From Microbotryum violaceum (Eukaryota): a stretch of 64,000 nucleotides of DNA. Of this stretch, positions 1 to 14,055 are shown one piece after another. The position numbers were made by a program, and so were the translations under genes. Numbering within the stretch: position 1 is the first letter of the stretch; the number at the start of each line of letters is the position of its first letter. The notes beneath the pieces were generated by a model. It had not been told where the DNA came from. It searched no databases and was given only the letters and a program-made list of their open reading frames with translations. The stretch spans positions 186,001-250,000 of the forward strand of contig CDLV01000006.1 in the NCBI GenBank assembly GCA_001244265.2. Reading direction: 5' to 3'.

Positions 1-643
1 CAACCGGCGCAAGCGGCGCTCGGCCTTGGGTGGGTACAAGAGTGGCTAGCCCGAGTGACCCTCGAACCTATCACGTCGTACAACTCGACCGTCAATTCAA
101 GCTATCCCCTACCGCTCGACCAAGCACTGTATGTAGACGCAACTCATGACACTGTCATCAGCTCCATTATCACCACGCTCGACTTCTCCACCTTTGCCGC
201 CGATGGTCCTCCGCCGTCGACGCACATCCCCAATAAGAAGTCGTTCGTTGTTTCGTCGATCTCGCCTTTCGCCGCCAACCTTCACTCGCAGATCGTCGAA
301 TGCCCATCCGACTTCTTGACTTCTTCATCGGGATCGTCGGTTTCATCCGGTAAGGCCCTGTTCGTTCGTTGGGTACTCAACGACGGCATCGTCCCACTCG
401 AGCATCCAGAGTGCACTAGCAACGACTACGGATTCTGCGAGCTTGACGCATATATCGATGTGACGAAACGTCGAATTAATACGATCGATTGGGCCCATGA
501 CTGTCGTGAGTTCGAATAACATGTGTGGCCTGTCTCATGTTCGTGGATCTGATGCTTGTCGTTTATCATTCTTTCCAGTCGCGGACTACGAGCTCGGACA
601 CGATCCCATTCTGGATGGCCGCCCGAACTCAGGTCGACGGTGA
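1..643 (+). CDS. Histidine acid phosphatase / phytase, 3' part (gene starts before the window)
   Basis: ORF 55..519 has the catalytic HD motif (YVDATHDTVIS), 'PFAANL..QIVEC' and 'FVRWVLNDGIVPL..C...YGFCELD'. After a GTGAGT..CAG intron (~506-578) a short last exon ends at TGA 641-643. Confidence 0.8.
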
Positions 644-1910
644 AGGGGTGAACCTGGTGGCCTTTGGACTACACACACCTTGCGATAGATGAGCTATTTC
701 TTTTGTCGTTGATGATTGAGACGAGGTCCGTCGAGGTCCGGCGTCCGTGCTTTTTGACGGCTTACCCCCAGGGCTCGCTCGCGGCGGCGCAGTCTCCGCT
801 GGATTCTAACCGCGGGGCGGTGTCGTGGGGAAATTCTCCCCAAAGTCAACCAAAGCTAGATACATTCACTGTTCAGATTTCTAGAGTTCGGCACAAACGT
901 CGTCATGTCGGAAACTGCTCGTCGTAGTTGGGGGGAGCGGCGAGCGGTCGAGGAGGTCTGTGCGGCTCTCGAGCGGGAGCAGGCCTATCAAATTATATTC
1001 AGGCACTCTTGTTCGTATTACTTTGGACGTCACGAAATGCTCGACTCGAGCGACAACAGCGCTGGGCCGGTTGCCAAAGGCGACCAACTGGCGCGCCGAG
1101 CAAGTCGAAAGGCGAGTGCGCGGTGAAGTGCTCCCTCACGCGTTAGAACTAATTTGTTTCGCTCGCAACATCGCCTGTTGCTCGCTCGAAACTTCAGATG
1201 TTTTGCTTTCCCGCCCGCTTCCCCGGTTTACACGGCGCTGGCCCTCAGTCACTGCAGCCCTCCGAGAGCCAATTACTACACCCCAACCCTGCGGCGCGGG
1301 ATTCCCAGGCGCGCCGCTGAGCGCTGAGCTGCGGCCAGATTGGCTTCATCACGAAGTTCCCAGGTGGGTTTCACCTGAGGCCCCCGCGAGTTCTCGCGGG
1401 GGATCATGAGCTGCTGGGGATCAGACGCTTTGGTCGGGGTGAATGACCCGATCACGAAAAGGACAACCAAGGAGGGATTCGTTGGCTTTGCCCATTATGT
1501 GGTCTGCTTCATCTGAGTGTATCACGACATTAAAAAGCTGGAATGGTTGGCTTCATGACTAGCAATCCGAGGAAAATACGGAGACGGTGCAACATTCATC
1601 GTTACACAGTCCAGCATTTAAAATGTAAGCAAGTCGAATTTTGGCCAGGTACGCGACGCGTCAGCAGACGCAGGACAGTGTGAGCGCTTAAGCGCGTGAC
1701 TCGGAGCGCGTGACATCTTGCAATTGCTCCGGAGAGTCACCGAGACGATTCGCCTTGTTGGAGAAAGTCGCGCCCCGCTTTTTGGCCTTGTGCTACCCAT
1801 TTCAATCGACCCTTACGGCGTACAACTTACTTACGCACTATGCCAGTATCCGAGAGGCTGGATTCGGATCAACGCTTCTTCGATGATCTTGTAGAGAAAT
1901 CAGGTTGCTC

Positions 1911-4900
1911 ATGATGCCTGTGGTCGCACGCGCCGCGCATTTTCGGCGCACTGACTGTGGCTCAGCCTTAGATTCTTTGCTGCCTTTGCTACCACAGAAG
2001 CAATCATCAGCATAATGAATTCTTCCAGGAGCATCGGATACCGCTGCGCAGTCTGCCCTCGACATAAGGATCGACGGCTGAGCCTTGCCCGAGCCCGGGC
2101 CCATTTCAAGACGAATGTGCACAAAGAACAAGTCCAATTGCAAGGTATCGGTGTTGGGGATCTTACCTGGACATCATCCCCCAACAATGACGACCTTTCA
2201 ATCGAAACCAACAATTCTGTCTCTTCTGTGAGCGAGCGGAGGTCTTCCAGTGTTGAGACTACGCGATCTGATGTGTCTGCATTTGACCTAAAACCAGCTC
2301 GGCAGCGATGGGTCACCCTCGTCGGGCGGAACACCCGACTTCGACTACAGTGCGCACAACTATGCTCACAATGGCGACAATAATCGCTTTGACAGCGATA
2401 ACGGCTTCGAAGATCCATCGGCCGCGTACGAGAGTCTAGACGACTTTGAATCAGATCGTGAGGGTGATGTTAGCGGGTTCGAAGACGGCGACGACATCGA
2501 CAGAGAGTGGCGCCGACCCCGAACACAGGCGCACATGATCAACGGTCAGTTCAGCAGTCATGGGAGGTATTATTTGCCCTATGCTTCTTATACATCATGG
2601 GCACATGTTTACATTATAGTGAATGCCGAACTCTTCAAGAGCTCAGGCCACCGCGCATCATCATCGAGCGTTCCGCATCCAAGCGATGAATGGTTCCCCT
2701 TTCCAAGCGCGGCTGTGAGTGATCGTGATCCGAGCGCCGAAGCCCTCTCAGCTTAGTAACTAATGCCACTCTGGTCTGCGAATTCTTGGCCACAGATGTG
2801 CGTGGTCTCTCTCTTCTGGCGATCACCCCACCGTCGTATGGGCGCGCAAGAGTTCCAAGAAATACTCGAGTTTGCACAAGTCCTCGGCGTGACCAAGCTG
2901 CCTTCGATCAAAACCATCAAAACCTTCCTATGCAACCTACTCAACGAAATCCAGCTGTTCCATCCCCGGCCAGTTGTCATTCCTAACAACCGTACAATCT
3001 TCGTCATTCCTCCATCTGATTTTTTCATTGCAGTGCGTTCCCAGTGGCACTCACTCTTACTCCGCATCCAGCGCCCCCAGCCAGTGCCCCCCCGCTGACG
3101 CACGCTCTCTTATATCCCCGCAGGCGCTGGCTACCCCCACGCTCGTCGAGCAATTAGATTTCTACCCCTCCTATGACGACAAAGATTTTGTGCAATCAGC
3201 CTGTCAAACTGCGCGCTGGCGCCACACATTACCGGCACCCATTCGAACACCGATGGCTTCGCATGATGGCATCGACTATTTCGCCCAGGAAGTCGTACTT
3301 CGAATAGGTGGAGGATACCTCTTTATCAACTCGTTCGCCACCCACAACCACGTACTCTGCGCACTGGCGGTTCCTGCGTTCCTCCGCGACGATGGTGGCT
3401 TCTGCGTTCAACTCCCTCCCGCGGATATGCCGGACTTATCGTCGTCGCCACTTTCAGACCGGGCGTGGTCCCTAATACCGTTGGAGTTGCTCGGGCTTCC
3501 GATCGCAAGGGAAGTGGAGATGGAGAGGAGGAGGATCATACGTATGTGCATGAGGCAAGTCGGAACATTTCGTCATTCCTGACACGGCCACTTTGCGCAC
3601 GCAGGACTGTCTGCAGATCAAGAGGTGCTGCTACCCTGTTTGCCGGCGTCGAGTGCCTCGAGAGCCGCTGCCCGAGGCGGCCGACTTCTGACTGTCCCGC
3701 TGCGGATGTTCTTGGATGATTTTGGCGGTGGGGGGTCGAAGCGTTACTACAAGATGTTCGTGGTCAGTGCAGACTCGCTCCCAAACACCCATGTGGGAGA
3801 TTACACTGTACTGATTCGCCCTCGGCGCATGCAACAGTGCTCGATCCAGACTCTGGGTTTGCCGGCTTCGCAGTTAAGCCGCTGATTCTCGCTTCAACAC
3901 ATCGCTGTGACCGCTTGGGGAGAGGCACTCGATCTAGCGGAGGCTGTGCTTACGGACATTATGTGCGTGTGAAGTGACTGTGTCGAGCAGGCCGGCGAAT
4001 TTTGGCTGACTCATGCGTCAAACTCTAGTGCCACGCTTTCATCGCCCGTTAAGGCCATTGATGGTCGTACCGGAGCCCCTGTACAGTTTTGGACGCCACG
4101 CGGTACACGACACACCGATGGCCGCCGAAGTCTCTGCCCGTCCAATTGGGGCCGCAGCACGCTTTCCCTGCCGCTGCTGTCGATGGGGCGGATCTCCCGC
4201 CGACCGACTGAGGTTCGACACCCTAATGACTTACTTTACTGTGAGTCAAGCCTTGACTGCGTTTGCTTCGTGCGTCATTCAAAAGGCTGACAATTCGGAG
4301 CTGGAATTCTGCAGTCACCCATCAAACGTAACGCGGACAGAACGATGTTGGAATCATGGGCGCAGATCGAGACGATGACTCGTGACGGCACCGCTCACGG
4401 GGTTCAGGAGTTGCAAAAGAGCACAGGCACGCGCGACAAAGTCACCGCAAAAGTCATTGAAGAAATCCGCCAAGCCTATGTACTCGAGATGACACACAAG
4501 GTCCCTCACAGCAAAGATGGCCGGCCTCAGCCAAATGCCGGGTTGGCGAGAGCGTACAACAATGCCGGCGCCAAGGAACGAAAAAAGACTGCCACCGCCA
4601 ACGGAGTTCGAGCACGGGCAGCCGCTTCGGCTCGGCTGTCCGAACTTAACGTCTCTGGGTTCGTTCTTGGCCCATTCTTCCGCATTCCTCGTAAGTCAAT
4701 GAGTTGACGGTGCTTGCACGGCTTGGAACGCATCTGACAGTTCCAGCTCGGCCCGCAGATTTCGACGTCCACCGTGACACACCTCCTGACATGCTCCACG
4801 TCCTTCTGCTAGGTCCTGTCAAATATCTTTGGGTCGACACAATAGCGGGCCTTACACCCACAGCCGTCGACTTCATGCGCGGCGCATTCCGTTCGCTTTC

Positions 4901-7120
4901 GACAGCTGGGCTCGGTGAACGATTCAAGCCTAATTTCTACGTCGACTACAAGGGAGGCCTCGATGGTCACGATTATCGAATGATCGCGCAGATAATTCCC
5001 TTCATCGCTGAGGTCATGTTGAGCCGGTCCATGATCACTCCAGTGACTAATCGCTGCTGGAGTACCCTTGGAAAGTTGACCCATCATATGTTCGCTCCCT
5101 CCGCAACAATTATTGATCAGTACGCCGTGAGTTGGCATGGTATCCGTCGAATGATGAGGCCAGCTAGCTCGAGACTAAAGGGAACTTTTTCGTGCACAGG
5201 ACGACTATCGCGAGCTAGCGCGAGCATTTGTCCAGGCTTCGATGACCCGCAATTTGACATTCACCTTGGCTCGCGTCAAGTACCACCACCTTCTCGAGCT
5301 TGAAGGAGCCATTCGGCGCTTCGGACCTCCTAAGCTCTTCGATTCATCGGTGGCCGAGTCTGCAAACAAGGCTGTGCGCCAAGCCAATATGCGAACCAAC
5401 CATCAAGCTCCATCGCGTGACGTGGCGCAGACTCTAGCGGAGACAGCCGCGCTCACTTTTGTTGCGGGTGGGGGTCTTTGGCGTCATGGTGGCCGGGCTG
5501 TCTCGCTCGGTCCTGCGGCAGCGAGTCTAATGGACAACGCGGTGATCAGGTCTTGGTTCAAGGTCGATGAGGATGCGGAGACGCAGGATCGGAGTGAGTG
5601 CATATTTTTCTTGGTGCCATACGATGCTGATAGGCCACTGTTCCTCGAAGCTGACTCGCGTACCGTTCTGACCGCCGTTCCCCGGCACTAGTCGGCTTTG
5701 ACTATCATCGTTCTCAACAAGTGCAATCCTCGTCGGAGCTCGAACACGATCCTATCTACCGGCATCTCAAGGCGGAAGGGTCGGTCTCCGCGTATGACCA
5801 CTTTCGCGCGGCCAAGGCCGCCACACTTCCGAATGGTGATCGGTGCCTGCTTCGACATTGGTGCTTTGTGCGCACTTCACCCAATGTGAGTCCTGCCGTA
5901 CGCTCTTTGACACCATCCTTGGGGTAAATACATGGTGCCCTATCTGTTATGCTATCAGTCAGGACTCCGTATCGGCCGAGTCATATCCCTGCTAGTGCCG
6001 ACTACCGTTCGCACGGTTCAAAGCAGCCTGATCGACGAGGGGTTCGCACTTGTAGAATTCGCCCGCCTCGGCGAAGAACTCGGTTCGACTGGCTTCGTCC
6101 GACTGTCTCTCGAGCCTCACCCCTCTGTAGTGTCAACGAAGGTGAGTCAGCGCATAGAGGAGGCAAAGCTCTTGCACTATCAGCTCACAAAAATTTTTCT
6201 TCCCCGTCTACAGTGTTTGCTTGGAGTTGCCAGTGTACAGCATGATTGCGCATCAGCGAACTGCGCGCGCCCTCGGCCTCAAAAAAAGGCTCGCATTGAG
6301 CGCATCGACACAGGCGGACTCGAGAATGCCTTGACCCATAGGGACGATCGTAATTGGCTGCTGAGTACCATCACCCAGCGATCGCACGACTTGGTTGCCC
6401 CGCTTGCGCCGCCAGTTCCAGCCGCGGAAGATTTGGACAGCTTCGTACAAAAAGTCCGCCTATCGCAACCTCCAGCTCAGACACGCAATGCGGTGGGCCC
6501 AAGCGTGGCGCGTCGTGGCCGACCCAGGGTAGGGATCGTATGCCTCTACTTGTCTGCCCAGTCAATGGGACTGCTCGCGCTAACATGTACCTCATCAATA
6601 ATCAGCTTCCAAGCGTTGCAGAAACCGACAGCGACAGCGAAGACCAAAGGAGCCAGTCCCAGCGGCAGCCCGATGAATTCGTGAGTCACTTCAAGTTGAC
6701 TGGCCTCTGTCAATGTCAAGAAACGCGGCGATTATGCGGAGGCTTATCAGGCTCTAATGCTTTACATAGGATGGAGAGTCGCAGCAGGAGGAGTCCCTGC
6801 GCGAGGAACCGCAGGGTGAGAGGCTCGAGCGCGAGCAATCAGCTGGGAACACCGAGTCGGAAAGTGATGCGCAAGATGTGGATTCAGAGCGCGCCCACTC
6901 AACGAGTAACGCGGTTTCGGGGAGGATGAGATCGATGAGGAGTGCAAATGTACGTACACTCGCTTCTATCTCTTACAGCTCTACAGGCAGTGGGTGGGGC
7001 AAAGCGCGAGCTCAAGCTGATTCGGAGCCCTCCATCGCGGCCTGGCATTCAGTCTTCGTCGGAAGGCTATGTTTCGGATCCGGAACCTTGCGATTTGAAG
7101 GCGAAGCGAAAGCGAAGTAG
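1911..7120 (+). mobile_element. Multi-exon DNA-transposon transposase-like gene (CACTA/EnSpm/Plavaka-related fungal family), probably pseudogenised
   Basis: Spliced exons give an N-terminal CxxC..H..H finger (YRCAVCP..HFKTNVH), FLDDFGGGGSKRY, FPCRCC, HRDTPPDMLHVLLLGPVKYLW, KYHHL..IRRFGPPKLF..ESANKAVR..NHQAPSRDVA and VQHDC..C, motifs I recognise from basidiomycete TE-associated proteins. In-frame TGA at 3883-3885. TIRs not found. Confidence 0.6.
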
Positions 7121-8380
7121 ATGAAGATCTGAAGCGTCTGCAATTACCATTCGCGTTGACTTTCTGCACTCCTTTTGAGCGTACATGGCCGGCGTTCAGC
7201 TCGAGAATTTCAAGCTGCCCCCAATTCCAATTTATGACAGCGCATTTTACAGATTAGCAAAGTATTAGTCGTTGGGTAGAGCCTCTATGGTTCAGTCGCT
7301 GCGGAATCTTCGAAAAATTTTCAGAGTAGTAGATTAATTCCCATTGGCCGCGTTGGTTCGAAATACCCACGTATTGCCCCACGGAAGGTGCCCATGATAT
7401 GGTCGTCACGTCGGGCTTTGGCCGGCGCGAAGCCAAGGCCTTCGGACCGACTGCTCAGGAATGTTGAGATGCGCGATCGGAGGTGATCGGAGTCGCGTAG
7501 TCAGAAAGCACTGAGTTTTGCGTTGTTTGCCTTTGCTTTGTTTACCTTGTGCCCATCCATTGACTCCGAGTCAGCAACCCCTCCCCCCCTCTCTCTCTTT
7601 CTTCGTCACGCTGTGTTCAACTCCATGTCCGCAACTCCCATACAGCAAGAGTGGGTGAGTTCCATGAATCCGATCATAGTAGTACGGCCGGCGGAGAGCG
7701 AGCAGACCTTTACGTGCGGCCAATGACCGTATCCTTCAACTATGCACTTCGAACCCGCATGTCCAGTCCCGCAAATACCCCCTCCCCAGTGTCCCGGCGT
7801 CAAGTTCTTTCCTCAATTAGTAACACCGAGTCTACGGTGAGAGTGACCTCCTCGGATGAACCAAACCGACAGGTACGTCCTCTCTCGGCGGAACGGGGCT
7901 TGTTTACTATGAGGAGCAGCGCAGTGAGCAAACGAAGATGCCGAGTAGAAGAGGATAGGGAACGTTAAGGGAAAAGAGAGGGAGAGCCGCGCTAGTCGCT
8001 GCCTCGGGTAATCTAAGTCAGAATCTAAAGAGGTCCGAGCGCGCCCGAGTTCCCATCCCCCAATCTCCGTATGCTGGAGTTGAGAGCGCCCCTGCAATGT
8101 AGTGCGCACGATGTCATTTACAAGGGTCGGGGGTGTTCGTTCAACTTCAATGATTGACACAGGCTCCTTTGTACACGTGCAGTGAAGTAAAACCCCTCCC
8201 CACAACAGAAGACAGATCGGCGGAGACTCTACCACTGTACCCACTCGCCGTTGTCGAGACTTGACAAACGCGATCATTGCGGGAGATAAAGACGCGCCGG
8301 AGCACGAGGAGCGTTCGTTTCTCCCGCACAGGATCGTGCTGACGTGTCGAGCTGACTCATCTTCCTCTCTTCCACATCAC

Positions 8381-9649
8381 AGCTTGGGATCGTTCGTTCG
8401 TACGTTGCATTTCCTCCTTGGCTGTTCGCCGTAGATGGTCGAATTTATCCCGCCGAGGGACATCGAGACGCACGGAGAATCTCTGCGAAGCACACCTGCT
8501 ACCAGTGGTATGCTCGGATAGAAAGGCTCACCGGAACTTAGATCGGGACCAGGAGCTGCTGTCGACAACCGGTCAAAGCTATAGCGGAGTTTTGGATGGG
8601 TACTGAAGCGCTCGCCTCTCTTCCCTCCTGCCTTGCTCGCAACCAGGTCAACTGAGCTACTGCGGCTTCAAGTGAGTCTGAGCTCGCTGTACCTACTAAC
8701 TCTTTGTCTGCTTCTAACGTTCAGCACACTGACACTAGCACACTCATACACTCGCACATGTATCTTATGAGCAGGCGTCTGTCGGATCGCCGCCGTTCAG
8801 GGAACGTCACACGTGCCTCCAACTTCATCATCTTCTCGTGCGTGACGACTCGGCCCGAACGTAGAGTGCCCTCGAACTAATGGTTCCGCTCAATCTGTTA
8901 TCTGCAGACATCCCTCAGGCGATTTCCTCAAGGGTGATGCTTGGCGATTGAACGTGATTGCGCGCAAGACTCGAAATCGTCCTGAAAAGCGAGGTTCCTT
9001 ATCTAGCGCCGCCGGTTCCAAGCGCAACGCCAGTCGCTACTCGGAGATCTCCCAGGATTCTTACAACGACAGCGACCAAGTGCACTTGGCACAAGTGGCC
9101 AACTACTTTCCTGAAGCTTGCTGGCAGCATGCCACAAATTCGTTCGACATTCGCTACTACGACATCCATCGGACCAGCCATTGGTGCATCTCATTGCCTC
9201 CTACGAGCGACACCTACAGCGACGACAGTCGCGACGAGTTGTATGCCAGCTATACGAGCAACATGGGTCAATTGAAGCTAGCGAGCTACCCTCAGCCTCC
9301 CGCACCCCCCACTTCGTACGAGACTTTTGAAGACCTTCGTGCTAATGCTCCGATCGCATTCAAGATTGCCAGCATGAGCTTGGCCCCGAACGCGCCGCAT
9401 TCACTACCTTTCTCGTTGCGCCGAAGTTCGACGTCTTCTCCGTCCTTTGCGGAAAGTCGCACGCGTTTGCCCAAGTCTCCCTCGCAACTGTTCCTCCCAC
9501 CAATCGCGCTCACTTTCAATGCTCCGCTCCACGGCGAGCCACTTCCATCGCCGAATTTTTACGCGCACCCTTATCCAACCCCCGAGTCCTCGCCCACGAC
9601 TCAGACCCACTTCCACCTTGCGCAATGCCCGTATCAAGACGCGCCATAG
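8381..9649 (+). CDS. Divergent HSF-type DNA-binding transcription factor (5' exons unresolved)
   Basis: Joining micro-exons ~8383-8399, 8647-8671, 8775-8838 and 8908 onward gives LGSFVRQLSYCGFKRLSDRRRS..NFIIFSHPSGDFLKGDAWRLNVIARK, matching the HSF signature SFVRQLNxYGF..F.H..F.rg....l..I.RK. A Ser/Pro-rich tail follows. Confidence 0.7.
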
Positions 9650-10003
9650 CATCAAATCTGAATCTTTTCTTTCCATGGTAACTTATCGACATCCTTACCC
9701 CTCGCACGCTCTGTCCAACTCCAGCATATTCCGGAAGCCTGTTGATTCCTAACCTCAGGACATTGTTGCCATCTCTTAACGCTTATCCATGTGCATAATT
9801 TCTACGATTCCCTCGGACCCATCCCCTTTTTGGCAAACGTTCTCCTCTGACTGGCATCTGTTTCATACACGTTGAAAATAAATCCTTGGTCATCGGAATC
9901 ATGTGACACGTGAACGAAGCTTTGTACTGAGCCTCGGCGAGATGAGTCTGGACGCCTCATCACACAAGAGTAAAGAGCTTTGTACAACATAAGTCAGATG
10001 ATA

Positions 10004-13000
10004 CTAATCGACGAACGTCTCCAAGAAAGTCTCATAATCGTAACAGGCCCCCTCTTCACTCTGCCCTTCGGTTCCGTCCACCTCGACTTGCGGCATCCAT
10101 TCCTTGAGGAACTCGACCGAGGTCGTGGGCAAGTCGAGTCGGGTCAGATCGAGCTCGGTGACGTAGCCCTGTTGTATCGAGAGGTGAAGCATTGTGTGAG
10201 TCTTCATTGAATCACTGCGCTCTTAAAATACGAGGGAACGTACCTTGTTGGCCGCTGCGGAGTGGAAGCAAGACCGCACTTTTTCGGCCGTCAATCGGTC
10301 TTCGCTGCGTTGAACCTGCAACGAAGAAGCAGAGTGAGAGCGCTGTCAGTCGACGGGCAACGCTCAACTCGAGCGAGGTGTTATAATCCTCACCAGGAAC
10401 GTAATAAACTCTGAGAACGAGACCAACTCGCCGTGATTCGAATCATGCATCTCCGCCAAATTCTACGGCATGATTGCAAGGAGCAATCAACAGTCAGCTG
10501 ACGCCACTGAATCACACGTATCAACAACGAGGGGAGACGAGTACTTACGATCTCCGAGATACCCAAAGCTCCTAGAGCTCCTTCCAGTTCTTCAAGCGCG
10601 AGGTGATTGTCCCCGTCTTTGTCAAAGGCGCGAAAGACCGATTCAAACTCCTCCATTTCCTCCGGGGACGCAGAACTTGCTTTCCGGGCGATGATCTAGT
10701 TTTGGAGATGGGGCAAAGCAGGTGTCAGTAGAGCCACCTTGTCATGCGTCGACCTTGAGCCAAACGGACCTGGTTGTCAATGAACGCGATACGTCCCCTC
10801 GCACTTGATGCCACAAGTTCTAGCTCGAACCCCAGGCTTTCGTGCGAGTGGACGGTGCCGCGTGGGACTAAAGGGGAGACTTCACATGCGATCAGATTCT
10901 CTTCAGCTGCATGCAGAGCGTCGAGACCGTGTGTGAGCGATGGGAGGCTCGACAGCACCATGCGTGTGCATTCGAGTTGGGACTGGGTTCATAGAGACGG
11001 AAGCGACTTTAGATTCAGCTCGGGGATGGCACCCATCACAGAGGTGATGCAAAGACATACATCGAGCGTCCCGGCGAGGCCAGAGAGCTTTGAATGGAGA
11101 ACCGAGATCTTCCGGCTCAGAGCTTCAGCCAATTCGACAATGTGCGCTAACGCTTCGTCTTGCAGTCTGCCGTGATCCAAAGAAGCAGAGTCAGCACATC
11201 AGAAATCCCACCCGAGCGCGAATTCGTTCGTTCGCACATCCTGATCTCTCCACAAATGAGCTGTTTCCGTGCCAATTCCGCATTCCGGGTCGAGTTCAAG
11301 CACGTAGCAATGTACTGAGACAGAATCGAATGGCAACATCAGCTCGGGAAGGAATCGTGGCAAGGATTATCAAGCCTTATTAGCCGACTCACTTCGCTCG
11401 AGTATTCCTCCGTTGGCTGGTAGACCCTCAATCCATACGTCTTGAGTTTTGTCTGAATGTTGATGAGCAGTGTCGCTAGATTCACATGCTCAGTCACCCA
11501 GGCTCGCAACTCGGTTCGACAGAACTTTTCAAGCGCAGTTTGCTCCGCCTTGAGTTGAACGAACGAAATTCGTGGTGGGAGCGGCTGAGACCACCCCTGT
11601 TCCGCGATTGTAAAAGAGCCAAGGAGCTAGAATAAACGGCTTTGTCAGCTGAAGCCTCAAAAAATAATCCTGAGGCAGGAATGGCCAACTCACCTGTCCA
11701 ACGCGGCGCTCGTAATCATGCACGGCTGACATGAGTGATGACATGTTGTCGACGAAATTGCCAATCACCCGAGCTTCGGTCTCGGTTTGGGCTGTTCGTT
11801 ATGTCGGGCGTGAGAGACGGCTGAAGAATTGGGGTAAGAGTAGTGTCTGCTTACCTGTAGTAGAGAAGGCATGGAAGAACTGGGCAACGTAGGTCATGAT
11901 GGACTTGTCGTCGGGTTTTCGATTGCAGACGTCCTCGACATCGAGCCATTGCTGTTAATGGCAGCATACCAGACCGATCGAATCAGAGACACGTCAAAAT
12001 AAATCAACATGTGCTGTGCGCACCTTGATGCCAAGCCTCTCTTCTGCGATCTTGAACGCCTTTCTCAGGTTGTCTGCGGCACGCCTCGGATCTTTGGGCA
12101 AAGAGTCCCAATCGATGAGGTCCGGTCGATGACGATGAATGAGAGCACAGCTATGAAGAGATAGCACAGTCTAAGGATCAGATTTGGTGACAAGCACATC
12201 TGCGGTCTCACAGCACAGGCTACTCACAAGGCCAGCCCATCTTGGAAGCTTCGCGTAAAGTTCTGGACGTCGACACCCTCGTATCCCTGCGTCTTGCGTT
12301 GGCACCACAGCAAGAGACCCTCTTTGGCGTGCGAGCCTTCCTCCCTGTATAAATCAAAGGCACATAAACGCAAAATCGGCACCTGAACCTTACTGCGAAT
12401 CTGTGAAGGTGACGGCTCACGAAATGTCGGCGATAGAAAATCGCAGGACCATGCTCCAGATCATCCCTAGAATGAGTTTGAGATTTCCATCGACGATATC
12501 TGAGGGTCCGCAGTGAAAAATAAATAAATCAGATAGTTGGCTCACAAAATTTGGGCCGGACATAGAGGGGGCTTAGAATGTACCTTCGGCACCAATATTG
12601 GTGAGGTGCACGCCCATCTCCTTGATGCGGTCCAAGGCAAGCTTGGCGTTTTCGAACTTCTGCACGCGGTGGGTCGGCATTTGGTTGTACCGACCCAAAG
12701 ACTGTTCGGTCAAAGCTTCCTGTAGAACCGAAATCAGATACGGTCTTGAAAATCAGAGCAGACCATATAGAAGCAGACAACGGGAAGCCTATGCTCACCA
12801 CCAGCTCAATCAACTTTGTGCCGTCATGAAAATCTTGACTGAGGTTGACCACAGGCTCGAATCCGCGCGGTTCGAGGCGAGAGTTGACCCTATAGATGCG
12901 CCATAAACGGAGTGTGGGCACCGTTAGCAGGCAAGAGCTTGTTACGCGGGGTTGACCTGAACGATTGCTCGCTCGGAAGATTGACGCCAGCCGAACAAGA

Positions 13001-13464
13001 CGGTGGTGGGCGCCGGCAGGCGCGCTCGGCCTGGTGTGAGAGGCCTCTGCGCACCCACGTTGTACGTACCAATTGCAAAAAACCTTGTTCTGCATCTTGG
13101 CGTGGTCCATGATGGCGCCCTCGGGACCTCTGATTGCGATCGTTGTGGCCTGGTTGGCGGTGTGGTCGTCTCGATCGCCGAGCGTGGATCCGAACGCCTG
13201 CGAGTACGAGTGCGACATGAGCGTCGGTGAGAGCGTGCCGGGGCTGGGGTAGTCGTTCTGCGTCAGCGAGAGGCTCGACAACGACGAGATGGATGCTGCC
13301 GATCGATGGGCTGCTTTCCTCGACGATGACGGTGACGAGGATGCGCATGCGGTGTCGGTGTATGATGACGATTGGTTGATCGCCATCAAGGAACGCGGTC
13401 GCGGTCGAGGCGCCTCACTGTCGCCGTGGTTGGGAGGGTGGCCACCATCGACATGATAGGACAT
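10004..13464 (-). CDS. AIN1: Alpha-actinin-like actin-bundling protein
   Basis: CH1 ([47 protein letters not shown]), CH2 ([28 protein letters not shown]), a coiled region and C-terminal EF-hands ([19 protein letters not shown]). Many GT-AG introns. Confidence 0.88.
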
Positions 13465-13971
13465 CGCGGATATGCGTGAAATACTTCGGAAACACACCTC
13501 GCGGCCAGACCGAATACGGGGACGAAGGGATGGTGCGTGTTGGGAATGATGACGAGCTGCGATCGCTCAACTTGACCTGAGCGCGTACAGGCGCGTGTTC
13601 GCTCGCGTGCACGGTCCTCTTCTCACGTGACCCGAAACTCGGCGCGCGGCGACTGGCCCTTGTATCGGACGTCGCGGTGCAGTGGAAACGTCAAACGTGT
13701 GTGAAGGCTAAGCTCCCTCGGTATGTCCGTGAGCAGGATCATACAGCCGGCCACATACCACCAATGTGGCGCTGATATAACCCCTAGCCGCCTGCTTGCA
13801 ACATTGCCACTCATGGGTGTGTGCAGGCCCTGCACAATGCACATGCGTGACATGCCACAGGCAGCTGCCGCTCTCCAGTGAGTCAGTGATAGCCTGCCCA
13901 CTCAGCCCAGTGCCGGCCCCGTGGGCCAATGCCAACTTCCCCCGCCTTTCTGCCAACTTCCCCCACGCCTC

Positions 13972-14055
13972 TGCTAACTTCGCCAACTTCATGCCTAATC
14001 GGGCCGCAAGTGGGCCTCAAGCGCGCGCGCGCGCCTGAAGTTGGCGAAGTTAGCA
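13972..14055. repeat. 19-bp perfect inverted repeat around a (GC)7 tract, preceded by GCCAACTTC direct repeats
   Basis: TGCTAACTTCGCCAACTTC at 13972-13990 and GAAGTTGGCGAAGTTAGCA at 14037-14055. GCCAACTTC also occurs at ~13931 and ~13952. Confidence 0.8.

Noticed and set aside
664..1409. Short ORFs between the phosphatase and the transposase-like gene
   Set aside because: No recognisable domain or consistent exon structure.
760..7510. TIRs for the transposase-like gene
   Set aside because: No convincing inverted match or CACTA/CACTG pair with TSD was found by eye.
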